Source: Aeromonas lacus
Lineage (GTDB): Bacteria; Pseudomonadota; Gammaproteobacteria; Enterobacterales; Aeromonadaceae
Length of the DNA: 32,000 bases
Assembly: GCF_000764665.1 (NCBI RefSeq)
Contig: NZ_JRGM01000026.1
Coordinates: 28,280-60,279 of the forward strand
Reading direction: 5' to 3'
Positions 18,712 through 27,194 of this stretch are shown piece after piece (position 1 is the stretch's first letter; each line of letters opens with the position of its first letter). The notes under the pieces are model-generated. The model made no database searches and was not told the DNA's origin. It saw only the letters and a list, made by a program, of their open reading frames with translations. A program made the position numbers and the translations under genes.

Positions 18712-19467
18712 ATGAGACAGCACCTGGTAATGGGTAACTGGAAACTGAACGGCACCAAGGCTTCTATAGAAGCTCTGATCAAAGGACTGACCCCGGCTGC
18801 TGCCGCTCATCCTTCTGTGCAAGTCGCCGTCTGCCCGCCGGTTATCTTTTTGGGTCTGGTTGAGCAGCTGACCGCTGGCACCAAAATCGCCTACGGTGCT
18901 CAGAACGCCGACGTACACGAGTCTGGCGCCTTCACCGGTGAAAACGCCCCCTCCATGCTGAAAGCCTTCGGTTGCACCTACTCTCTGGTCGGCCACAGCG
19001 AGCGTCGTACTCTGCACGCAGAGACTGACGACGTGGTTGCTGCCAAGTACGAAGCGATCCAGAAAGGCGGCCTGGTGCCGGTTCTGTGCATCGGTGAAAC
19101 TCTGGAGCAGTTCGAAGCCGGCGTGACCAAAAACGTGGTTGAGACCCAGCTGAAAGCCGTTATCGACCGTTGCGGTATCGCCTCCTTCAACAACGCCGTT
19201 ATCGCTTACGAGCCGGTATGGGCCATCGGTACCGGCAAGACTGCCACTCCGGAGATCGCTCAGTCCGTTCACGCGCACATCCGTCAGTACCTGGCCGGTT
19301 TTGATGCCGCCGTTGCAGCCAAAGTACAGATCCTGTACGGCGGTTCCGTCACTGGCGCCACTGCTGCCGACCTGTTCGGTCAGCCGGACATCGACGGTGG
19401 CCTGGTCGGTGGTGCGTCCCTGAAAGTGGACGACTTCTCCCAGATCATCGCTGGCGCTGCCAAGTAA
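18712..19467 (+). CDS. tpiA: Triosephosphate isomerase
   Basis: MRQHLVMGNWKLNG..., GHSERR, AYEPVWAIGTG, GGASLK. The product is 251 aa, with AGGAGA upstream. Confidence 0.97.
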   Translation: MRQHLVMGNWKLNGTKASIEALIKGLTPAAAAHPSVQVAVCPPVIFLGLVEQLTAGTKIAYGAQNADVHESGAFTGENAPSMLKAFGCTYSLVGHSERRTLHAETDDVVAAKYEAIQKGGLVPVLCIGETLEQFEAGVTKNVVETQLKAVIDRCGIASFNNAVIAYEPVWAIGTGKTATPEIAQSVHAHIRQYLAGFDAAVAAKVQILYGGSVTGATAADLFGQPDIDGGLVGGASLKVDDFSQIIAGAAK

Positions 19468-19483
19468 TCGCTGATTACGGCAA

Positions 19484-19512
19484 AGAGAGGGGCTTGTCCC
19501 CTCTCTTGTATC
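19484..19512 (+). terminator. Intrinsic terminator after tpiA
   Basis: AGAGAGGGG (19484-19492), loop CTTGT, CCCCTCTCT (19498-19506), then TGTATCGCTTTT. Confidence 0.7.
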
Positions 19513-19618
19513 GCTTTTCCTATGGTGGCCCCCGCATCCCATACGAAAGCCGATATAGTAAAAGTGGCTTGTCTATTTCCAAACATTCGTATTTGACAAC
19601 TCAGATCCAGAGGCACTC

Positions 19619-20590
19619 ATGACCAAACAAATCAAACGTATTGGTGTTCTGACCAGTGGTGGCGACGCGCCGGGTATGAACGCAGCCATCCGCGCTGTGG
19701 TTCGCGCCGGTCTGCATCACGGCCTGGAAGTTTACGGTATTTATGATGGCTACCTCGGTCTGCACCAGGATCGCATCGTCAAGCTGGAGCGTCACAGCGT
19801 CTCCGACGTGGTCAACCGTGGAGGCACTTTCCTCGGCTCCGCCCGTTTCCCTGCTTTCAAAGACCCTGCTGTGCGCGCCGAAGCGATCGAGAACCTGAAA
19901 AAGCACGGTATCGATGCGCTGGTCGTCATCGGTGGTGACGGCTCCTACATGGGTGCCAAGAAGCTGACTGAAGAGGGTTTTCCCTGCATCGGCCTGCCGG
20001 GCACCATCGACAACGACATCGCCGGTACCGACTTCACCATCGGTTTTGATACCGCTCTGAACGTGGTTGTTGACGCCATCGACCGTCTGCGCGACACCTG
20101 CAGCTCCCACCACCGTATCTCAGTGGTCGAGATCATGGGCCGCCACTGTGGCGATCTGGCCATGTCTGCTGCCGTTGCCGGTGGTGCCGAGTATGTGATC
20201 GTGCCGGAAGTGGCCTTCGACAAAGAGAAGCTGCTCAAGCAGATCAAGGAAGGCGAAGCCAAGGGCAAGAAGCACGCCATCATCACCATCTGCGAGCACG
20301 TTACCGACGTGAACGCCCTGGCAAAAGACATCGAAGCTCTGACCGGCCGTGAAACCCGCGCCACCATCCTGGGCCACATCCAGCGTGGCGGTGCCCCGAC
20401 TGCCCGCGACCGCATCATGTCCAGCCGTATGGGTGCTTACGCCGTTGAGCAGCTGCTGGCTGGCCACGGTGGTCGCTGCGTCGGTATCCAGCGCAACGAG
20501 CTTGTACACCACGACATCATCGACTGCATCGAGAACATGAAGCGACCGTTCGATCAGGAGCTTTACAACCTCTCCACCACCCTGTTCTAA
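19619..20590 (+). CDS. pfkA: ATP-dependent 6-phosphofructokinase
   Basis: [49 protein letters not shown]. The product is 323 aa. Confidence 0.97.
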   Translation: MTKQIKRIGVLTSGGDAPGMNAAIRAVVRAGLHHGLEVYGIYDGYLGLHQDRIVKLERHSVSDVVNRGGTFLGSARFPAFKDPAVRAEAIENLKKHGIDALVVIGGDGSYMGAKKLTEEGFPCIGLPGTIDNDIAGTDFTIGFDTALNVVVDAIDRLRDTCSSHHRISVVEIMGRHCGDLAMSAAVAGGAEYVIVPEVAFDKEKLLKQIKEGEAKGKKHAIITICEHVTDVNALAKDIEALTGRETRATILGHIQRGGAPTARDRIMSSRMGAYAVEQLLAGHGGRCVGIQRNELVHHDIIDCIENMKRPFDQELYNLSTTLF

Positions 20591-20616
20591 GCACCGCTGG
20601 AACAAGCTGGTTATGC

Positions 20617-20645
20617 AAAAACCCTCCATCCGGAGGGTTTTTCTA
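20617..20645 (+). terminator. Intrinsic terminator after pfkA
   Basis: AAAAACCCTCC (stem ACCCTCC 20621-20627), loop ATCC, GGAGGGT (20632-20638), followed by TTTTT. Confidence 0.85.
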
Positions 20646-21419
20646 TTTCTACCCGCAGATCACCGTGGTGCGCAGAAAATGGATTGGTTCCAGTACATTT
20701 GGCAATGTCATCAGGCCGGCCCGCCAACTGCGATATAACAACAACGTGTATATGACCGGGTTGAGGTTATGCTTCAGCTCGACCAATTTTTTACCCACAG
20801 TTGCCAGTCGCTACCGACACCTTGCCCAGCCTACTCTCTGTATCATCTCTTTCGCTCTCTCTTATTCCCCCTGTCCTGTCCTGCCTCTAGCGCTCCTGTT
20901 AGGCGATGCGTTATCTCTTATCAACGCACGATGGCGCTACAGATACAGGCAGGAGCAGTTCGGGGGCCTATCTCGCGCCCCCCTGCTGGTTGCAACTTGT
21001 CCCCTTGAGGGAAAAACCGCTTCCCAAGCCGCTATTGCACCAACCAACATCAATCCCGGTATCTCTTCCATAGTCAGAGGCTAAAAAACGGACTGCAACT
21101 GCATTTTTTCTCTCTCAGAGCCAGCTACATCGCTAAAAACAGGGCTATTTATGTAAGTCCATGAACAGAAGATCGTGGTAAAACCCTGTCATAGCGCTGG
21201 ATTACATGCTGACACCGGCTTTACTATCCTTTATGGTAGATTTTCTTCGTCAGGAACGGTCAAACCAGATTCATAGCCATTTTTTGACGCCTAAAATGGC
21301 TGCACAGCCCAACAAAAAATGTAAAACCAATCGTTGGCGTCATTCAAGTCTCTCTTTTTGGATTGCCAGCATTAATATAAGTAGCTGAAAATAAAGACAT
21401 TTATATATTCCCGTCCCAT

Positions 21420-21460
21420 TAAAACAGCCAACACTTCAAGAGGCGAAGATAAAACAGCCA
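21420..21460. repeat. Direct repeat TAAAACAGCCA x2, start-to-start spacing exactly 30 bp
   Basis: TAAAACAGCCA occurs at 21420-21430 and again at 21450-21460. Both copies sit in the 32-38% GC stretch 130-170 nt upstream of the mini-ORF. Confidence 0.6.
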
Positions 21461-21589
21461 CAAGATTACGAAAATAGAGACTTCATCACTACATATAACC
21501 AAGAGCTCATTTTTATCAATTAAACCCTTGTTTTAAGCTCCTGTTATGGTATCTTGACCTCATCAACCAACAACCTAGGGAGAAAAAAG

Positions 21590-21673
21590 ATGAAAGAGTT
21601 TGTTGTTACCGCTGTTTTTACCGTGTTTTTCACCCTGGTTGCTGTCTCTCTACCCTCGCTGTCACAGCTCTGA
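21590..21673 (+). CDS. Candidate 27-aa hydrophobic mini-protein (single predicted TM helix)
   Basis: Below the track's reporting size. AGGGAG (21577-21582) lies 7 nt before ATG 21590. The peptide is MKEFVVTAVFTVFFTLVAVSLPSLSQL, with stop TGA at 21671-21673. It is followed by hairpins and an intrinsic terminator at 21847-21873 on the same strand. I recognise no homology. Confidence 0.4.
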   Translation: MKEFVVTAVFTVFFTLVAVSLPSLSQL

Positions 21674-21846
21674 GTCGGATAGAGAGGCATCAATCGGGAG
21701 CGATCCTCTCTGGCATGACGCTTTAATCACCACAAACTGGTGCTTTCAGCCATCAATGCCGAAATGGTCAACATGGATATGATTTCAAGCTGTTGTGGTT
21801 GCTTGTTTAACCACACTTCTGACTGAGCCAACGTCAGACCATCCTA

Positions 21847-21873
21847 GGGGGAGCAGCCAAGCTCCCCTTTTTG
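21847..21873 (+). terminator. Intrinsic terminator (plus strand) closing the mini-ORF / sRNA-like unit
   Basis: GGGGAGC (21848-21854), loop AGCCAA, GCTCCCC (21861-21867), then TTTTT (21868-21872). Confidence 0.8.
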
Positions 21874-21980
21874 CTACCTGCCGTCTGACCACACCATTGC
21901 TCTCTCATTATCCTTTCCTCCTCTTCTACCGCTTGGCTGTTTGTTCTGACCAATCCATTTTTCCAGTAACCAGCGGGCAC

Positions 21981-22010
21981 AAAAAAGCCCCCACCCGAAG
22001 GTGGAGGCTT
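21981..22010 (-). terminator. Intrinsic terminator downstream of the DAACS symporter gene
   Basis: The minus strand reads GCCTCCACC-TTCG-GGTGGGGGC (8 of 9 bp), followed by TTTTTTGTG. It lies about 40 nt after the stop at 22049. Confidence 0.8.
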
Positions 22011-22048
22011 GTGCATAACTGGAAGTGTCTACCCGTGAGTAATCCCGC

Positions 22049-23290
22049 TTATGCCTTGTTCCAGCGCTGCGGGTCATACTCCGGGCTGAAACGATCAACG
22101 ATCACGGCGCAGGCTGCGTCGCCGGTGATATTGAGGGAAGTCCGGATCATGTCGAACAGACGATCCAGCGCGAACAGCAGCGGCAATCCTTCGATGGGGA
22201 TCCCTGCCGCCAGCAGCACAGCCACCACCAGGAAGCTCGGCCCCGGCACACCGGCCTGGCCAATCGCGCCCAGGGTGGCCGTCACTATGATGGCCGCCCA
22301 GGCACCGACGCTCAGATCAATGTTGTAAACCTGAGCAAAGAAGATGGCGACCAGCCCGTAATAGATGGCGTTGCCGCTCATATTGATGGTGGCACCCAGC
22401 GGCAGCACAAAAGAGGCCGTCGCATTGGTCACCTTCAGATCCTGCTCGCAGGTCTCCATATTGACCGGCAGGGTCGCCATGGAAGAGGCGGTAGAGAAGG
22501 CAACGATCTGCGGCTTCTTCATCGCCGAGATATAGGTCATCACCGGCGTGTTGGAGAAGAGCGCCACCAGCAGCGGGTAGACCACAAAGCCGAAGATCAG
22601 AATCGCTGCAACATAGACCACGAACAGCTTGAGCACCAGCGTCAACACATCGAAGCCATAGGTGCCGATGGCATCAGCCATCAGACCAAATACCCCGAGC
22701 GGCGCGATGATCATCACCTTGTTGATCATCCAGACAAAGGCATCCACCAGGGTATTGAGGCCATCGACCAGCGGCTTGGCCCGCTCGCGCGGCTGTTTGG
22801 CCAACGCAATACCGAGGAACATGCAGAACACCAGGATCTGCAGAATATTCGCCTCGTTGAGAGACTGGAACACGTTGGTCGGGATCATGCCAAGCAGGGT
22901 TGCGACGGCATCGGGCAGCGCCCCTTTATCGGCATAATCACCGCCAAACATGGAGGAGACAGAGCCAAAATCGACCCCGACACCCGGCTTGAAGATCTGT
23001 CCCATCACCAGTGCCAGCAACACGGCCAGTGCCGAAGTAACAAGGAAGAAGGCCAGCGTGGCCACCCCTATCTTGCCCGCCGCCGGACTGGCGCCCAGAT
23101 TGGCGGCGCCGGAGAGGATGGCAACCGCCACCAGCGGGATCACCAGCATCTTGATGAGCTGGATAAAGAGGGTACCGAGTGGAGCAAAAATGGTGGCCTG
23201 CTCACCCATGAGCACTCCGACCACTGCCCCCAGTACCATGGCCACCACAACCTGGAAGCCGATATTTTTTATGAGTCCTTTAGTCAACAC
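22049..23290 (-). CDS. Dicarboxylate/amino acid:cation symporter (DAACS/GltP family), substrate not assignable from sequence alone
   Basis: 413 aa and polytopic. Family motifs: FSTASSMATLPV, PLGATINMSGNA, GQAGVPG, DRxxDMxRT-like ALDRLFDMIRTSLNITGD. GTG start at 23290 with AAGGAAAG 6-7 nt upstream. Confidence 0.88.
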   Translation of the reverse strand: MLTKGLIKNIGFQVVVAMVLGAVVGVLMGEQATIFAPLGTLFIQLIKMLVIPLVAVAILSGAANLGASPAAGKIGVATLAFFLVTSALAVLLALVMGQIFKPGVGVDFGSVSSMFGGDYADKGALPDAVATLLGMIPTNVFQSLNEANILQILVFCMFLGIALAKQPRERAKPLVDGLNTLVDAFVWMINKVMIIAPLGVFGLMADAIGTYGFDVLTLVLKLFVVYVAAILIFGFVVYPLLVALFSNTPVMTYISAMKKPQIVAFSTASSMATLPVNMETCEQDLKVTNATASFVLPLGATINMSGNAIYYGLVAIFFAQVYNIDLSVGAWAAIIVTATLGAIGQAGVPGPSFLVVAVLLAAGIPIEGLPLLFALDRLFDMIRTSLNITGDAACAVIVDRFSPEYDPQRWNKA

Positions 23291-23303
23291 AGTACTTTCC
23301 TTT

Positions 23304-23315
23304 ATGTAGCTACAT
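23304..23315. promoter_or_regulatory. Perfect 12-bp palindrome ATGTAGCTACAT abutting the symporter SD (possible operator)
   Basis: The sequence is self-complementary over all 12 nt. It sits immediately 5' (in the minus sense) of the SD at 23296-23303. Confidence 0.3.
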
Positions 23316-23558
23316 TCGCACTTTCCCAGTGCAATAAACCAGACAGGGGAATGAGCTCCTGCACATTCCCCTGCTGCGGCGTGTTATCGCATATTTCATT
23401 GCTGTTTGAAATCGACAAATCGTTAACAGAAGCTATTAATAATTCTCTAAAAAGCGCATTTTCCACCCTTTGGTTGCGTTTTTTGCAGCCACCCCAATGA
23501 CAACTGGCAAAATGTTGTGCTAGCTTGGCTGCACAACCGAACATACAAGGATGTAAAG

Positions 23559-23843
23559 ATGCTGAAAGTTAACGAATATTTTGACGGAAATGTAAAATCC
23601 ATCGGTTTTGAGCAAAAAGGCGAGAAATCCACTGTCGGCGTCATGAACGCCGGTGAATACCTGTTCAATACCGCAGCCCCCGAGCGGATGACGGTGATCA
23701 AGGGCGCTCTGACCATCCAGCTGGCAGATGAAGATGAGTGGCACACCTACAGCCAAGGTGAATCCTTCTTGGTTGCGGGCCACTCCTCATTCAAGCTGGA
23801 GGTGAATAGCCCCACCGCTTACCTGTGTGAATTTCTCGACTGA
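23559..23843 (+). CDS. ppnP: Pyrimidine/purine nucleoside phosphorylase PpnP (YaiE, DUF1255 cupin)
   Basis: Track ORF 23517..23843, trimmed to ATG 23559 (MLKVNEYFDGNVKSIGFEQKGEKSTVGVMNAGEYLFNTAAPERMTVIKGAL...YLCEFLD). The product is 94 aa as in E. coli, with AAGGA upstream. Confidence 0.9.
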   Translation: MLKVNEYFDGNVKSIGFEQKGEKSTVGVMNAGEYLFNTAAPERMTVIKGALTIQLADEDEWHTYSQGESFLVAGHSSFKLEVNSPTAYLCEFLD

Positions 23844-23850
23844 TCTGCCC

Positions 23851-23876
23851 GGCTGAAGGGGCTTATCCCTTCAGCC
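23851..23876 (+). terminator. 10-bp perfect hairpin after ppnP (terminator-like, but without a clean U-run)
   Basis: GGCTGAAGGG (23851-23860), loop GCTTAT, CCCTTCAGCC (23867-23876), followed by the pyrimidine-rich CTCTCTTCCCTCTCC. Confidence 0.45.
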
Positions 23877-23996
23877 CTCTCTTCCCTCTCCTGCTCTTCA
23901 TATCTCTACCCATGTCACAGCGCGGCACATCCCCGCTTTTCATCCATGGCAAAAATCCTAGAATAAACAGACATAAACCATCACCGGAGTGGTGTC

Positions 23997-25382
23997 ATGA
24001 TCAGTGTGTTTGACCTTTTCTCTATCGGTATCGGCCCCTCCTCTTCCCATACAGTCGGTCCCATGCGTGCCTCTTATGCCTTTGTGCAGCAGCTCAAGCT
24101 CCATGGCCATCTGCCTCATACTGCGCGAGTCGAAGTGGAGTGTTACGGCTCGCTGGGCCAGACCGGCAAGGGACACGGTACCGGCAAGGCGATCATTCTG
24201 GGGCTGGCGGGCTTTGAACCGGAATCGGTCGATATCGATGCCATCCCCGCCATTCTAGCGCGAGTGGAAAAGGAGCAGAGCCTGCAGCTGGCAGGCGAAC
24301 AACCAAGCCATTTTCCCCGCACCGGTGCCATCATCTTTAACCGCCGCAAAACCCTGCTGGCCCACACCAACGGCATGACCCTGCGTGCCTTTGGCGAAGA
24401 TGAGAACCTGCGCTTCAGCCAGACCTACTACTCGATTGGTGGCGGCTTCATCATCGAAGAGAGCCACTTCGCCACCGCCAAGGAGGAAGCCGCCAGAACG
24501 GATAGCGAACACCCTATTCCCTACCCCTTCGAGAGCGGCGCCCAGCTGCTGGCCCACTGTCAGGAGAGCGGTCTCTCCATCTCCGGCATCATCCTGGCCA
24601 ACGAGCGGGTATTTCGCAGCGACGAGCAGATAAAGAGCGGTCTTCGCAAGATCTGGCAGGCGATGCAAGGCTGCGTCGAACGCGGTTGCAAGAGTGAAGG
24701 GGTGCTGCCGGGCGGGCTCAAGGTACGGCGCCGCGCCCCGGGGCTGTTTCGCCAGCTCAGCTGCGAGACCAACTTCAACAAGGATCCCCTGATGGTGATG
24801 GAGTGGGTCGACCTGTTTGCACTGGCCGTCAACGAAGAGAACGCGGCAGGCGGACGAGTCGTCACCGCCCCCACCAACGGCGCCTCCGGTATCATTCCGG
24901 CGGTGCTCCACTACTATGATCGTTTCGTCCACAAGGTCGATGACGACGAGTTGGTACGCTTTTTCCTCACCGCGGCTGCTATCGGCATCTTATATAAGAA
25001 AAATGCCTCCCTGTCGGGAGCAGAAGTGGGCTGTCAGGGTGAAGTGGGCGTGGCCTGCTCCATGGCGGCCGGCGCGCTGACCGAACTGCTGGGGGGCAGC
25101 CCGGCCATGGTGGAGAACGCCGCCGAGATCGGCATGGAACACAACCTCGGGCTCACCTGCGATCCCATTGGCGGGCTGGTGCAGGTGCCCTGCATCGAGC
25201 GCAACGCCATGGGGGCGGTCAAGGCGATCAATGCCGCCCGCCTCGCCCTGCGCGGCACCGGCGAGCACAAAGTGTCCCTCGACAAGGTGATCAAAACCAT
25301 GTGGGAGACCGGCAACGATATGAAGACCAAATACAAGGAGACGGCCCGCGGCGGCCTCGCCGTTAACATTACCGAATGTTAA
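23997..25382 (+). CDS. L-serine ammonia-lyase (single-chain 4Fe-4S L-serine dehydratase), divergent paralog
   Basis: 461 aa. [23 protein letters not shown]..., [73 protein letters not shown] lies 7 nt upstream. Confidence 0.93.
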   Translation: MISVFDLFSIGIGPSSSHTVGPMRASYAFVQQLKLHGHLPHTARVEVECYGSLGQTGKGHGTGKAIILGLAGFEPESVDIDAIPAILARVEKEQSLQLAGEQPSHFPRTGAIIFNRRKTLLAHTNGMTLRAFGEDENLRFSQTYYSIGGGFIIEESHFATAKEEAARTDSEHPIPYPFESGAQLLAHCQESGLSISGIILANERVFRSDEQIKSGLRKIWQAMQGCVERGCKSEGVLPGGLKVRRRAPGLFRQLSCETNFNKDPLMVMEWVDLFALAVNEENAAGGRVVTAPTNGASGIIPAVLHYYDRFVHKVDDDELVRFFLTAAAIGILYKKNASLSGAEVGCQGEVGVACSMAAGALTELLGGSPAMVENAAEIGMEHNLGLTCDPIGGLVQVPCIERNAMGAVKAINAARLALRGTGEHKVSLDKVIKTMWETGNDMKTKYKETARGGLAVNITEC

Positions 25383-25411
25383 AAAACGGAAATTGACTCC
25401 ATTTGGTTCCG

Positions 25412-25439
25412 AAATACCCGGCATCGCCGGGTATTTTTA
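25412..25439 (+). terminator. Intrinsic terminator between the two serine dehydratase genes
   Basis: ATACCCGGC (25414-25422), loop ATC, GCCGGGTAT (25426-25434), then TTTTT. Confidence 0.8.
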
Positions 25440-25657
25440 TGGGTAAGCGCTTAACAAAATGGATAAGCACCAAAATAAATTTTATACTCGCGCCTTAAAC
25501 TCAACAAAAATAGATCTATTTCAACTTTTTTTAGGTCGCAAGCCGTTACACTACGGTTATCTGGTTCAGTGACCTGCGCAAACCAGCGCGTTCCATGGAT
25601 CTCCCAAATTTCTGTGAGTGGGCATGCCGCCCCCTTCTACCCTGAGGTAATAGTGAC

Positions 25658-27028
25658 ATGATCAGCGTTTTTGATATCTTCAAAATCGGTGTAGGCCCCT
25701 CTTCTTCCCACACTGTTGGCCCGATGAAAGCAGCCAAACAGTTTGTTGACGAACTGCGCGCAGGCGGCAAGATCCGCGATATCACCCGCATCAATGTCGA
25801 TGTCTACGGCTCCCTCTCCTGGACCGGTAAAGGCCACCACACCGACACCGCCATCATCATGGGCCTGGCCGGCAACCTGCCGGAAAACGTCGATATCGAT
25901 GCCATCCCTGAATTTATCTCCCGCGTAGAACAGACCGAGCGCCTGCCGATCGGCCTACACTGCCACACCGTCAGCTTCCCGCGCGACGCCATGGTATTCC
26001 ACGACGAAGCCCTGCCGCTGCACGAAAACGGCATGAAGCTGAGCGCCCTGATTGAAGACGAAGTGGTCTACAGCAAGACCTACTACTCCATCGGTGGCGG
26101 TTTCATCGTTGACGAAGAGAACTTCGGCAAGGCTGACAGCGGCGACATGTCCGTACGCTATCCGTTCAAGAGCGCCGCCGAACTGGTTGCCCACTGCAGC
26201 CAAACCGGTCTCTCCATCTCTGCCCTGATGATGGAAAACGAGAAGTGCTTCAACACCCCGGAAGAGATCTACAAGAAGTTCGGCAAGATCTGGAACACCA
26301 TGCGTGAAGGTATCGAGCGCGGCTGCCGTACCGAAGGCGTCCTCTCCGGCCCGCTGCGCGTGCCCCGTCGTGCGGCTCCACTCTACCGCCAGCTCAACAC
26401 CAACGAGAACCTCTCGAGCGACCCGATGAACATCGTTGACTGGGTCAACATGTTCGCTCTGGCCGTGAGTGAAGAGAACGCTGCCGGTGGCCGCGTGGTC
26501 ACCGCACCGACCAACGGCGCTGCCGGCATCATCCCGGCCGTACTGGCCTACTACGACAAGTTCATCCAGCCGGTTGGCCGCGACGAGTACACCCGTTTCT
26601 ATCTGGCTGCCGGTGCCGTCGGCATCCTCTACAAGATGAACGCCTCCATCTCCGGTGCCGAAGTGGGCTGCCAGGGTGAAGTGGGCGTCTCCTGCTCCAT
26701 GGCCGCAGCCGGTCTGACCGAACTGATGGGCGGTAGCCCGGAGCATGTCTGCGAAGCCGCTGAAATCGGTATGGAGCACAACCTGGGTCTGACCTGTGAC
26801 CCGGTTGCCGGCCAGGTTCAGGTGCCCTGCATCGAGCGTAACGCCATCGCCGCCATGAAGGCGGTCAACGCCTCCCGTATGGCCCTGCGTCGTACCTCCA
26901 AGCCGCGCGTCTCGCTGGACAAGGTGATCGACACCATGTACGTCACCGGCAAGGACATGGACTCCAAGTACCGTGAAACCTCACGTGGCGGTCTGGCCAT
27001 CAAGGTTATGCAGGTTGCCTGCGACTAA
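25658..27028 (+). CDS. sdaA: L-serine ammonia-lyase (SdaA-type 4Fe-4S L-serine dehydratase)
   Basis: 456 aa. [33 protein letters not shown]...[14 protein letters not shown]...[18 protein letters not shown]...GLAIKV. It is closer to my recollection of E. coli SdaA than the upstream paralog is. Confidence 0.95.
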   Translation: MISVFDIFKIGVGPSSSHTVGPMKAAKQFVDELRAGGKIRDITRINVDVYGSLSWTGKGHHTDTAIIMGLAGNLPENVDIDAIPEFISRVEQTERLPIGLHCHTVSFPRDAMVFHDEALPLHENGMKLSALIEDEVVYSKTYYSIGGGFIVDEENFGKADSGDMSVRYPFKSAAELVAHCSQTGLSISALMMENEKCFNTPEEIYKKFGKIWNTMREGIERGCRTEGVLSGPLRVPRRAAPLYRQLNTNENLSSDPMNIVDWVNMFALAVSEENAAGGRVVTAPTNGAAGIIPAVLAYYDKFIQPVGRDEYTRFYLAAGAVGILYKMNASISGAEVGCQGEVGVSCSMAAAGLTELMGGSPEHVCEAAEIGMEHNLGLTCDPVAGQVQVPCIERNAIAAMKAVNASRMALRRTSKPRVSLDKVIDTMYVTGKDMDSKYRETSRGGLAIKVMQVACD

Positions 27029-27048
27029 GCAGCCACTGGCATGACGAC

Positions 27049-27075
27049 AAAAGGCGGGTTATCCCGCCTTTTTCT
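27049..27075 (+). terminator. Intrinsic terminator after sdaA
   Basis: AAGGCGGG (27051-27058), loop TTAT, CCCGCCTT (27063-27070), then TTTTCT. Confidence 0.8.
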
Positions 27076-27117
27076 ATTTACCGGTTCCGGCACTGCGTCA
27101 CTGGAAGAGTGGATAAT

Positions 27118-27148
27118 AAAAAGGATGGCCTTGCGGGCCATCCTTTTT
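27118..27148. terminator. Bidirectional intrinsic terminator (serves the convergent fumarase gene)
   Basis: AAAAAGGATGGCC (27118-27130), loop TTGCG, GGCCATCCTTTTT (27136-27148). There are A/T runs on both sides. It lies about 47 nt beyond the fumarase stop at 27195. Confidence 0.8.
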
Positions 27149-27194
27149 TATCTGCTCTATCCAGCCAATAACGGCACCAGGGCTGCACACCGGA

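Noticed and set aside
20667-20694. dif/Xer-like site GGTGCGCAGAA-AATGGA-TTGGTTCCAGT at the left border of the low-GC island, which could hint at an IMEX-type integration.
   Set aside because: Only the XerC-side arm matches (10 of 11 versus GGTGCGCATAA). The normally better conserved XerD arm matches about 5 of 11 versus TTATGTTAAAT. There is no second copy at the other border.
20650-21110. CsrB-like sponge RNA on the minus strand (CAGGACAGGACAGGGGGA and other GGA motifs).
   Set aside because: There are about 10 GGA motifs in 460 nt, which is close to the chance expectation for this composition. They are not regularly placed in hairpin loops, and no promoter or terminator frames such an RNA.
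20665-21388. Track ORFs inside the island: 20665..21084 (139 aa), 20769..21008 (79 aa), 21206..21388 (60 aa). I also noted a hand-found 27-codon minus-strand ORF at 21260..21343.
   Set aside because: None has an SD apart from a weak GAGAGA for the 27-codon one. The sequences are not protein-like, being rich in C, S, R and P. They overlap one another in different frames. They cannot be excluded as small proteins, but nothing supports them.
21590-21673. Reading the 27-codon ORF as a transcription-attenuation leader peptide.
   Set aside because: There are no runs of a single regulatory amino acid. No biosynthetic gene lies downstream on the plus strand. The next feature is a terminator followed by a convergent gene.
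23505-23520. Sigma54-like TGGCAAAATGTTGTGC upstream of ppnP.
   Set aside because: The GG-to-GC spacing is one nucleotide too long, and the -12 element is TGTGC rather than TTGC.
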